A stretch of 64,000 bases of DNA, taken from assembly GCA_963422735.1 (NCBI GenBank), contig OY730476.1, positions 3,488,001 through 3,552,000 of the forward strand, written 5' to 3'. The DNA is from Candidatus Latescibacterota bacterium. GTDB lineage: Bacteria; Latescibacterota; UBA2968; UBA8231. This document shows, one piece after another, positions 31,114-39,708 of this stretch; position 1 is the first letter of the stretch, and each line of letters begins with the position of its first letter. The position numbers and the translations under genes are program-made. Below the pieces are notes generated by a model that searched no databases, was not told the DNA's origin, and was given only the letters and a program-made list of their open reading frames with translations.

Positions 31114-34100
31114 GTGATGCTACATGTAAAGCTGTTCATGCGGTGCTTGGCTTGGGGGCGTTGGCTGCTGGCCGCTGGTTTGGTGTTGGGGTGGAGCGGG
31201 GAGGCTGTGGCTGATAAGAACGATGCAAAAGGCCATAACCGTAACAGTACGGCAGATCATACTCATGCTACCGATCCCAAATTGGTTTTGAAGTATGACC
31301 TGCCCGTGGGCTCTTCGAAGAACCGTTCGATTATTGTGGAGTGGAGTACGTCTAAGTCGATGAATTTCGGCGATGAAAGTGATAATGGGGACCCTGCCAC
31401 CGCTTACAAGGTGCGTTTATACTCGGGTAGCATTCCTAAGGTTTTTACTAAATTTACTGGTCAAGTCGGCTCTGCTACTCAAGTCGGCTCTGATGGAAGG
31501 TATGCGGACGCCACCGACGACCCTAACATACGCACCCACTCCTTTACTCACGCCGATATCCATTATAGGGGTCAGGAGGATGGTGATACTGGCGAATATT
31601 GGGTATGGATGGAGGTGAAAGTCCGCGGTGACTCTCGGACTGAGATCTCCACGTATTTTGCTAAGCAGATAGTGGTGCAGCCTCACTATATACTGTCGGT
31701 GAATCCTAATAGTGTGCGCGAAGACGCCGGTCCGACCAATGTCAATGTGAAAGTCAGAGTTGGTGATGATACTGCCGTGGATGCGGATACGGATGTGCTC
31801 TTGGGTGCATCCAGTGAGGGTTTTAATAGTCGCTTCCGCATAACGATGCCCTCGCTCAAAATTCTGAAGGGCAAGAAAGAGGAGACGGCGGCCATGATCT
31901 TCACCCCCATCCGCACAAATGAGGATGATGACTCAATCCCTGACGAAGATCTTAAGATCACGATTAAGGGTGATGCCGGCTCGTCGAAGATCGTTGCTAC
32001 TACAACCATCACTCTGGTTGACGCCGACAAGCCAAGTACGGAGATCAATCTCTCGTTCTCTGATACCGATATAAGCAAGAGGGATGGTGCGACCGATATT
32101 GTCGTGACGGCTACCTTGAATGGAAAGAAGCTAAAAAAAGACGTGAGTTTTCAATTGATTATTCCTCCTGGAGAAAGTAGCGATACTGGGACGGCGAAGC
32201 GCGATATAGACTACTCGGATACGATGGCCAAGATAACCATTCCAGACCGCAAGGTGTCGGGAAAAGCGACGATAACCATCCGTCCTAAGAACGCAGGAAC
32301 CGGTCTTATCTGGGTGGGAGCTCCTTCTGACGCCAAGCTAACTAATGACGAAAACAACCCCATAAAGGTTAATTCTAATAAAATCGAGATAACTGGCGAT
32401 CCCGCTAAAGAAATTACCGGGCTGACACCGACTCCTTTCTCGATACGCGAGGATGCTGGGGAGAAGAAGATTACGCTGAAAATTTCCTTGCAGAACGCCT
32501 TGTTGACTGACGAGACGGTGCAGTTCACTATTGAGGACGACAGCGACGGCCTGTGTGAGGATTCGGATTCCGATTGCCCGTTCTATGGCGCAGTGAATGC
32601 ACAGCGCGATGTAGATTATCGTGCGGACGTGAAGCCGCTGATCATTCCGAGGGGCGAGACAGAAGGGACGACGACGATTACCGTCACTCCCATCTCCAAC
32701 AAAAAGGAGGATTCTCCGCGGGCCTTCACAGTGAATGCGAGGGTTGGAAGCAACAAACCCTTAAGTGCAGGAATCTTGATTACCGACGACGATACACCAA
32801 GCGATTCGATCACGCTAGAGGTGAGTCCGGACGAGATAAACGAGGAAGCGGGGGCGACCGAGGTTACGGTGACCGGCACCTTGAACGGGAAGGAGTTCGA
32901 CAACGACGTGGTCGTGTTATTGGTTATCAATGACGATATTAACCGCGATGGGACGGTGGATGACAAGGATAAGGCGGCGACGCGCGATGCAGATTACACT
33001 GCCGACCTTCACCCTTTGGTGATTAAGGGCGGCTCGGTGTCGGGGACGACGAAGATCACCATCACCCCCATTGACGACGACGACGAGGAAGACGACGAGA
33101 AGATCGGCTTGCGGACTCTGGAGTCTAGACCTCCCATAGGCAAAGATGATGACGACCTCGAAGATCTGGAGGTCACCCCCGTGACGATAACGCTGAAAGA
33201 CACCGACGACGAAGATCAACGGCCACAGCCGAAGGATCCGAAGCTCCCGGCCTTCGCCGACAGCGCTGCAGTCGCCAACCAGAAGTACGCGGTTGGAACG
33301 GCGATTGCCGCTCTTGTACTGCCGGAAGCTACGGGCGGCGATGGCGACCTGAGGTACAGCGTCTCGACCCTGCCGAAGGGCCTATCGTTTGACGCGGCCA
33401 CGCGGACGATTTCAGGCACCCCTTCGGAAGCGACGAAAGGCGCGGTCAACATCATCTACACGGTGATCGACGACGAAAAAGACGCCGCCGCATTAACTTT
33501 CTCCATCACAGTCAACGCTGATGAGACGCCGCCGCCCTCCCCAACTGCAGACGCTCAGCTAACGGCGGTTCCTTCGTCGATCCGCGAGGACGCCGAGGAG
33601 ATACAAATCTCGTTGACTGTGGCCTTGGCGGCTCCCAAGAAAATTGCCGAGATAGTGAGGTTTACGCTTGTCGATCCAAGCGAAGGCACGAAGGCCGTGC
33701 GCGATGTGGACTACAAAGCGACATTGGGGAAAGTCGTCTCCATCCCGGTCGGTGATACCGTAGGGAAGACGACCTTCACCATCCGCCCCCAAAACAACGG
33801 TGATAAGGATGGCCCGAGAATGTTAGGTGTGCAGGCTGCGTTCGCATCCGGTGGGACGCTATCGACGAACATCGAGATAGCCGACGACGAAACGTCTAGT
33901 ACATCCATTGCGCTGTCGGTAAGTCCTACGGTGATCGCGGAAGGCGATACGAGCACTGTTAAGGTGACAGCTACGTTGAACGGGAAGCCATTGCAAGAAG
34001 AAGCAATTGTTACTGTATCTATTGATAATGCGTCGACAGCGACGCGCGATGTGGATTACTCCTCCAAGGATTTCAATCCACGGCTTGTGATTCCGGCCGG

Positions 34101-35151
34101 AAAGACAACGGGCGCGACGACCTTTACAATCATCTGCTCACCCGACGATATAGCGGAGGGCAACGAGACCATCAAGCTGACCGGTGATTCAGGTCTGGAG
34201 GTTGACGCGGTAGAGATCACGCTGAGCGACCGAGCAGCGGAGGCGGAGGAGCCGGAGGCGGAGGAGGCGTCCCTTGCCTTCCCCGATGACGCTCCAGTTG
34301 ACGACCAAGTGTACACCGCTGGATGGGTGATAGCCGATCTCGTGCTACCGGCTGCTACGGGCGGCGATGGCGACCTGACGTACAGCGTCTCGGCCCTGCC
34401 GAAGGGCCTGTCGTTTGACGCGGCCACGCGGACGATTTCGGGCACCCCTTCGGAAGCGACGGACGGCGCGGTCAACATCATCTACATGGTGATCGACTAC
34501 GAAAAAGACGCCGCCGCGTTAACTTTCTCCATCACGGTCAACACGCCGTTGGAGTTTGATCTGAAAGACTTTTTCGATTTTTTTAGCGGGATGGGCAAGG
34601 CCAACCCAACGTCTGATCCCACGATGTTGGCTGCAATCGACGGCTTCGTCGTTGGCCAGCGCGTGGCGGGTCTCGTGCTGCCGGTGGGTACCGGCGGCAC
34701 CGCCCCGCTGACGTATAGCCTCTCGCCGGGGTTGCCGGCGGGTCTGTCGTTTGACCCGGTCACGCGGACGGTGTCGGGCATACCCACGGCTGAGGGCCAA
34801 CCCGTATATACCTACACAGTTACGGACGCCCACGGCGCGCAGGCGTCGCTTTCGTTGCAGACGCGGCCGACCGCCTTCGCCTTAGCAGATAATTATCCGA
34901 ACCCGTTCAACCCCTCGACGACGATCCGGTATGCGTTGCCGCAGGCGTCGGATGTGGAACTGCGGGTGTATAACGTGGTGGGTCAGGCAGTTCGGACGTT
35001 GGTATCCGAGCATCAGAGCGCCGGTCGGTATGTAATCGCGTGGGACGCGACCAACGACAGCGGACAGCACTTGTCGTCCGGGCTGTATTTCTACCACCTG
35101 CAGGTGGGCGGACAGTTTCACGACGTCAAGAAGATGCTGCTGCTCAAGTAA
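31114..35151 (+). CDS. Large secreted adhesin-like protein P2: unique N-domain, Calx-beta-like repeats, 3 He_PIG, T9SS-type CTD
   Basis: Signal peptide; repeats L.V.P..I.E.....A.RD.DY....IP.G; LPKGLSFDAATRTISGTP x2 plus one more; NYPNPFNP CTD. Confidence 0.85.
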   Translation: MMLHVKLFMRCLAWGRWLLAAGLVLGWSGEAVADKNDAKGHNRNSTADHTHATDPKLVLKYDLPVGSSKNRSIIVEWSTSKSMNFGDESDNGDPATAYKVRLYSGSIPKVFTKFTGQVGSATQVGSDGRYADATDDPNIRTHSFTHADIHYRGQEDGDTGEYWVWMEVKVRGDSRTEISTYFAKQIVVQPHYILSVNPNSVREDAGPTNVNVKVRVGDDTAVDADTDVLLGASSEGFNSRFRITMPSLKILKGKKEETAAMIFTPIRTNEDDDSIPDEDLKITIKGDAGSSKIVATTTITLVDADKPSTEINLSFSDTDISKRDGATDIVVTATLNGKKLKKDVSFQLIIPPGESSDTGTAKRDIDYSDTMAKITIPDRKVSGKATITIRPKNAGTGLIWVGAPSDAKLTNDENNPIKVNSNKIEITGDPAKEITGLTPTPFSIREDAGEKKITLKISLQNALLTDETVQFTIEDDSDGLCEDSDSDCPFYGAVNAQRDVDYRADVKPLIIPRGETEGTTTITVTPISNKKEDSPRAFTVNARVGSNKPLSAGILITDDDTPSDSITLEVSPDEINEEAGATEVTVTGTLNGKEFDNDVVVLLVINDDINRDGTVDDKDKAATRDADYTADLHPLVIKGGSVSGTTKITITPIDDDDEEDDEKIGLRTLESRPPIGKDDDDLEDLEVTPVTITLKDTDDEDQRPQPKDPKLPAFADSAAVANQKYAVGTAIAALVLPEATGGDGDLRYSVSTLPKGLSFDAATRTISGTPSEATKGAVNIIYTVIDDEKDAAALTFSITVNADETPPPSPTADAQLTAVPSSIREDAEEIQISLTVALAAPKKIAEIVRFTLVDPSEGTKAVRDVDYKATLGKVVSIPVGDTVGKTTFTIRPQNNGDKDGPRMLGVQAAFASGGTLSTNIEIADDETSSTSIALSVSPTVIAEGDTSTVKVTATLNGKPLQEEAIVTVSIDNASTATRDVDYSSKDFNPRLVIPAGKTTGATTFTIICSPDDIAEGNETIKLTGDSGLEVDAVEITLSDRAAEAEEPEAEEASLAFPDDAPVDDQVYTAGWVIADLVLPAATGGDGDLTYSVSALPKGLSFDAATRTISGTPSEATDGAVNIIYMVIDYEKDAAALTFSITVNTPLEFDLKDFFDFFSGMGKANPTSDPTMLAAIDGFVVGQRVAGLVLPVGTGGTAPLTYSLSPGLPAGLSFDPVTRTVSGIPTAEGQPVYTYTVTDAHGAQASLSLQTRPTAFALADNYPNPFNPSTTIRYALPQASDVELRVYNVVGQAVRTLVSEHQSAGRYVIAWDATNDSGQHLSSGLYFYHLQVGGQFHDVKKMLLLK
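33328..34542 (+). repeat. Near-identical internal DNA repeat (about 190 bp) encoding two He_PIG domains of P2
   Basis: About 33328-33516 versus 34353-34542. Confidence 0.85.
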
Positions 35152-35178
35152 GCATCCATCCATGCACAGCGCGTTCGT

Positions 35179-35216
35179 GAAATAGGGCCTCAGTTTGATA
35201 TTTGAGGCCCTATTTC
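35179..35216 (+). terminator. Intrinsic terminator after P2
   Basis: 14-bp stem GAAATAGGGCCTCA/TGAGGCCCTATTTC with a T-rich 3' side. Confidence 0.8.
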
Positions 35217-35277
35217 TTATCTATTCTATAAATAGCGAGTAATTATCGGGATGCTATTTCTACAAGTAAGGAGTTGA

Positions 35278-38200
35278 GTGATGCTACATGCAAAGTTGTT
35301 CATGCGGTGCTTGGCTTGGGGGCCTTGGCTGCTGGCCGTCGGTTTGGTGTTGGGATGGAGCGGGGAAGCTGAAGCACAGACAGACTTGAAGTTGTCGGTG
35401 AATCCTAATAGTGTGCGCGAAGACGCCGGTGCGACCGCTATCACTGTAACTGTTGAAGTTACTGATGATACCGCGGTGGATGCGGATACGTATGTGCTCT
35501 TGAGTGTATCCAGTCAGGGTCTTAATAGTCGCTTCAACATCAGGCTGACCGATCTCGTGATTCCGGCTGGCAAGAAAAAGGCAACCGGGACATTCACTAT
35601 CATCCCCATTGACGATGAGTCCGCCGACGAGGATCTCTCTATTGAGATCAGCGGCAATGCTGGCAGTAAAACAGTGAAGCCGACGACGATTACGCTGATT
35701 GACAACGACAAAGCTAGCAAAAAAATCTCGCTGTCGGCGGATATTGTCGAGCTGAACAGGTTCGATGGTGCGACCAAGATCGCCGTGACGGCTACCTTGG
35801 ACGGTAAGGCGCTAAACAGCGCGACGAGTTTTGCCTTGACGATTGGCGATCATCCCGACTTGGATAGCCCGATCGACGATGCCGGTGCGACGGCGGACAA
35901 TCGCGAGGCGCAGCGCGACTTGGACTACACGGTAACACTGGCGACGATCACGATTCCGAGAAATGCAGTGTCGGGGACCGCGACGATTACCGTTACTCCC
36001 AGCCGCCGCGGCTTGCCGGGTACGATCCGGTTGGGGGTGCCTGATAGGGATGCGGATACCGAAGGGATCCAGCTTGCAGTGGGTGGGCTAACGGTCAGTC
36101 CGGTGGACATAAAAATAAAAAAAGAGGCCGCTGCTACAGCCGATACCGTTACGCTTAGTCAAGAGAGCATACGCGAGAGCGCTGGTGAGACGACAATCGA
36201 GCTAAAAGTCACCTTGACGAGTGCCTTGATAAAGGACGAGGTGATGCGGCTCGTCCTTTTGTCGGACGGCGCGGCTTTGCCGTCTGGTGGCACGGTGTCG
36301 GGCACTCCGACCCGCGATATACATTACACGCTGGCCTTTGGTCCGCCGGTCACCATTCCGGCCGGTGCGACCGAGGCGACGACGAAGTTTACCCTGACCC
36401 CGAGGAACGACACCGAGGCGGTCACGCGCGGGTCGATATATATACAGGTCATGATCGGCAGCGTCTCGGTGGTTAAAACGATAGCCATTGCCGACGACGA
36501 CGCGAATAGCACGAAGATCTCGCTGGAGGTGGCTCCGACCGCGATCAGCGAAGGGTCGGGTAGTACCGATGTGGTGGTGACCGGAACGTTGAACGGGAGA
36601 GCCCTCGGTGATGACTTGGTCGTGCTCTTGACCATTGACCCCGATCCCAAGGATACAGACGCAAAGGGCAAGGTCGTTGATGTTGTTGAGGCGACGCGCG
36701 ATATAGACTACAGGGCCGTCTTGCGTTCGCTGCGGATTCCGGCTGGCGCATTGTCGGGGACGGCGACGATTACCATCACTCCTGTTGATGACAATGTAGT
36801 GGATTCCGGCGAGAAGATCAGGCTGACCGTGCCAAACAAGCAAATCTCCGCCAGAAGTGCTGAAGGGGACGTTCTCCAGTTGACGGTTGGCACCGTGGAT
36901 ATAACGCTGAAAGACGGCGAGGACAGTGCGTCAGACGGCGGCGAGGACAGTGCGCCTTCCTTTGCCTTGGGTGCCTCCATCGCCGACCAGGCGTACACAG
37001 TTGGGGTGGCGATTGCCAGTTTGGTGCTGCCGGCCGCTACGGGTGGCGACGGTTCCCCGACGTATAGCGTTTCGGCTCTGCCGGCGGGTTTGGTTTTTGA
37101 CCCGTCCACGCGGACGCTTTCGGGTGCGCCCACGGCTGCGACCAACGGTGCAGTCGTTGTTACCTACACGGCGACCGACAGCGATGGCGACGCGGCCGAG
37201 CTGACCTTCACCGTTGCTGCAACGGCTGCAACGGCTGCAACGGCTGAAGACGGTGCGATGCTGGCCTTTGCCTCGGGTGCATCCATCGCTGACCAGGCGT
37301 ACACAGTTGGGGTGGCGATTGCCAGTTTGGTGCTGCCGGCCCCTACGGGTGCTGACTGCGCCTTGACGTATAGCGTTTCGGCTCTGCCGGCGGGTTTGGT
37401 TTTTGACCCGTCCACGCGGACGCTTTCGGGTACGCCCACGGCTGCGACCGACGGTGCGGTCGTTGTTACCTACACGGCGACCGACAATGATGAAGAAAAA
37501 GAAAGCGTGGAGTTGGCTTTCACCATCACGGTCAACTCGGCACTGTCTTTCGGGGAGATATCTAGGGTGATGGCTGCTGGGCTGACGGCGGAGCCAGCGG
37601 TGGTGCTCGAAAATGCTGGGGCGACGGCAATCTCGCTGACGTTTACCTTGGCGTCCGCCTCGCTGACGAACGAGGCCGTGCTGTTCTCTATTGTGGAGCC
37701 AAGCAACGGCCCTGCGGCGGTGCGCGATGTGGACTACACTGCGGAACTGGAGGCGCTCATCATCATTCCGGCTGGTACTACTGAGACGACGACAACGCTG
37801 ACTCTCACTCCCACCAACGATAATAACGAGGGCCCGAAGGCTTTGGGTGTGCAGGCCTTGCTCGTATCAACGGGCGAGATATTAGTGAAGGACATTGAGA
37901 TCGCCGCCGCCGCCGCGTCTAGTAAGTCCATCACGCTGTCGGCGAGTCCGAGCACGTTGAGCGAGCAGGACGATTTGACCGCTATTAGGGTGACCGCCAC
38001 GTTGAACGAGGCATTGGGATCAGACGCGACCGTGCATTTGGCCATTGACGACGCGTCCACGGCAACGCGCAATTTGGACTACGTCACGCTGTTTACTCCT
38101 AGCCTGGAGATTCCGGCCGGCTCGATAACTGGGACGATGAGACTTTACGTCGATCCAGTTGCCGATGACTTGGAGGAAGGCGACGAAGTCATCAGGCTGA

Positions 38201-38571
38201 TCGGTACGATTGACGGGCTAACAGGGGACGAAGTAGAAATCACGATAAGTGAATCAGCAGCGGCGAAGGCAGTGATTCAGACGCGGCCGGCCGCCTTTGA
38301 GTTAGCGAATAATTATCCGAACCCGTTCAACCCAACGACGACGATCCGGTATGCGCTGCCTTTGTCTTCGGATGTGGAACTGACGGTGTATAACATGGTC
38401 GGTCAGGCGGTTCGGACGTTAGTGTCCGAGCATCAGAGCGCCGGTCGCTACTCGGTGGAGTGGGACGCGACCAACGATAGCGGACATCGCTTGTCGTCGG
38501 GGTTGTATTTCTACCACCTGCAGGTGGGTGGACAGTTCCACGATATCAAAAGGATGCTGTTGCTCAAGTAA
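35278..38571 (+). CDS. Large secreted adhesin-like protein P3: Calx-beta-like repeats, 2 He_PIG, T9SS-type CTD
   Basis: Paralogue of P2 with a near-identical leader; RD.DY repeats; LPAGLVFDPSTRTLSG x2; NYPNPFNP CTD. Confidence 0.85.
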   Translation: MMLHAKLFMRCLAWGPWLLAVGLVLGWSGEAEAQTDLKLSVNPNSVREDAGATAITVTVEVTDDTAVDADTYVLLSVSSQGLNSRFNIRLTDLVIPAGKKKATGTFTIIPIDDESADEDLSIEISGNAGSKTVKPTTITLIDNDKASKKISLSADIVELNRFDGATKIAVTATLDGKALNSATSFALTIGDHPDLDSPIDDAGATADNREAQRDLDYTVTLATITIPRNAVSGTATITVTPSRRGLPGTIRLGVPDRDADTEGIQLAVGGLTVSPVDIKIKKEAAATADTVTLSQESIRESAGETTIELKVTLTSALIKDEVMRLVLLSDGAALPSGGTVSGTPTRDIHYTLAFGPPVTIPAGATEATTKFTLTPRNDTEAVTRGSIYIQVMIGSVSVVKTIAIADDDANSTKISLEVAPTAISEGSGSTDVVVTGTLNGRALGDDLVVLLTIDPDPKDTDAKGKVVDVVEATRDIDYRAVLRSLRIPAGALSGTATITITPVDDNVVDSGEKIRLTVPNKQISARSAEGDVLQLTVGTVDITLKDGEDSASDGGEDSAPSFALGASIADQAYTVGVAIASLVLPAATGGDGSPTYSVSALPAGLVFDPSTRTLSGAPTAATNGAVVVTYTATDSDGDAAELTFTVAATAATAATAEDGAMLAFASGASIADQAYTVGVAIASLVLPAPTGADCALTYSVSALPAGLVFDPSTRTLSGTPTAATDGAVVVTYTATDNDEEKESVELAFTITVNSALSFGEISRVMAAGLTAEPAVVLENAGATAISLTFTLASASLTNEAVLFSIVEPSNGPAAVRDVDYTAELEALIIIPAGTTETTTTLTLTPTNDNNEGPKALGVQALLVSTGEILVKDIEIAAAAASSKSITLSASPSTLSEQDDLTAIRVTATLNEALGSDATVHLAIDDASTATRNLDYVTLFTPSLEIPAGSITGTMRLYVDPVADDLEEGDEVIRLIGTIDGLTGDEVEITISESAAAKAVIQTRPAAFELANNYPNPFNPTTTIRYALPLSSDVELTVYNMVGQAVRTLVSEHQSAGRYSVEWDATNDSGHRLSSGLYFYHLQVGGQFHDIKRMLLLK
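36960..37486 (+). repeat. Near-identical tandem DNA repeat encoding two He_PIG domains of P3, with (GCTGCAACG)x3 in the linker
   Basis: About 36960-37180 versus 37265-37486. Confidence 0.85.
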
Positions 38572-38595
38572 GCATCCATCCATGTACAACGCGTT

Positions 38596-38692
38596 AGCAA
38601 AATGGGCCTCGATTTGAGGCCCATTTTGCTGTTTAGCGGTGAGGTCGCACCGCTGATGGGGCGGGGTTTTGCACTCCGCCCCTTTTTATTTT
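38596..38692. terminator. Two hairpins between convergent genes
   Basis: 15-bp stem AGCAAAATGGGCCTC/GAGGCCCATTTTGCT (38596-38630), then GGGGCGGGGT..ACTCCGCCCC plus a T-run (38658-38692). Confidence 0.8.
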
Positions 38693-38703
38693 CTCGCGCC
38701 CGT

Positions 38704-39708
38704 CTAACGCTCGGCTTGGTGGTAAGGCGGGGGTTGAGGGAGCGTGTCGAGGAGGGCGGATCGAGTGGGGAAGAGGAGCCGGGCTTTTGCGGGCGTTATG
38801 GAGAAGACGTGGCCGGTGGTGTGGAGGCGGAGGTAGCGGCCTTGGTCGTCGGCTGCGCCAATGGCGAGCGTGTCTATTGTGCCCTCTTCGTCTTCAAGAT
38901 AAAGGTAGCGGGCCTGAGCAAAGGCATCGGTCTGGCCCGGATCGTGCAAAGCCGACCACGTCAAGCGTTTGAGAAAGTCGGTGTAGGCCTCTGCATTCGC
39001 GGAGAGGCAGATCTCCGCGCCAGCCGCAGAGAAGGCAACCCACTCGTAGGTCGGCATCATAGGGGTCGGAGTTGTCATGGCTTTTAGCTGGTGGCTGAGG
39101 GATTGCACCGGGTAGGAAGGGTCGCTGGCGAAAGCGATTCGCCGGAGGCCCTTGCGCTGTAAGGCTTGGGGCAGGACTCGATGGTCGAGCATAGGAACCG
39201 GCGGCGCGGTGTCGAGGGCATGGGCAGGATGAGCGTGGAGATGGAAGATGCTGTCGGCACCAACGCGCTGGACATACGATTCCCCAGCGCGTGCCCCGGG
39301 GGCACCGCGCCCTTGGCGCACTTCCAGCAAAGGACGGCCCTGTTGGTCGAGCAGGTGGATGCGGACACTACCCGGGCCGAGGCCATAGCGGGCCAAGTCC
39401 CCAAGCTCGGCCGAGACGAAGGTCGCCGGCGTAGCGAGCAGACTCTGGAGCAGGTGCTCGACGCGGCGATTGAGGACAATAGCGCGGTGATACGCTGGGA
39501 AATACCAAGTGTTCCCGCGCCGGACATAGTGCCAGCGCCGTCCGGCGGCGCGGATTTCAATCTGAGCGACGGCTGAAGCCGGCTCAGGTGCCAAGAGGCG
39601 CAAAGTCCCGGCGGTGCGGCGCACAGTGCGCTGGTGCTCGCGCAGCGTACTCTCCCCGAGGACGAGCAGGACCAGCAAGGCCCCCAGTGTGCAGAGCAAG
39701 CGGATCAC
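38704..39708 (-). CDS. DUF4340-domain protein
   Basis: N-terminal TM, ..V..LL..L...LARYGL motif; GTGA-coupled to the GldG-like gene, a typical context for this family. Confidence 0.75.
   Translation of the reverse strand: MIRLLCTLGALLVLLVLGESTLREHQRTVRRTAGTLRLLAPEPASAVAQIEIRAAGRRWHYVRRGNTWYFPAYHRAIVLNRRVEHLLQSLLATPATFVSAELGDLARYGLGPGSVRIHLLDQQGRPLLEVRQGRGAPGARAGESYVQRVGADSIFHLHAHPAHALDTAPPVPMLDHRVLPQALQRKGLRRIAFASDPSYPVQSLSHQLKAMTTPTPMMPTYEWVAFSAAGAEICLSANAEAYTDFLKRLTWSALHDPGQTDAFAQARYLYLEDEEGTIDTLAIGAADDQGRYLRLHTTGHVFSITPAKARLLFPTRSALLDTLPQPPPYHQAER

Noticed and set aside
33328-37486. CRISPR-like array among the repeats
   Set aside because: The repeats are in-frame protein domains of about 190-220 bp, without a repeat-spacer pattern or cas genes.
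28938-37706. Long antisense ORFs over P1-P3 (e.g. 416 aa at 28938-30188) and similar shadows elsewhere
   Set aside because: Expected shadow ORFs from high-GC codon bias; no motifs or RBS.
30775-38571. Diversity-generating retroelement suggested by the repeated C-terminal sequences
   Set aside because: No reverse transcriptase in the window, all copies are coding, and the differences are not adenine-specific.
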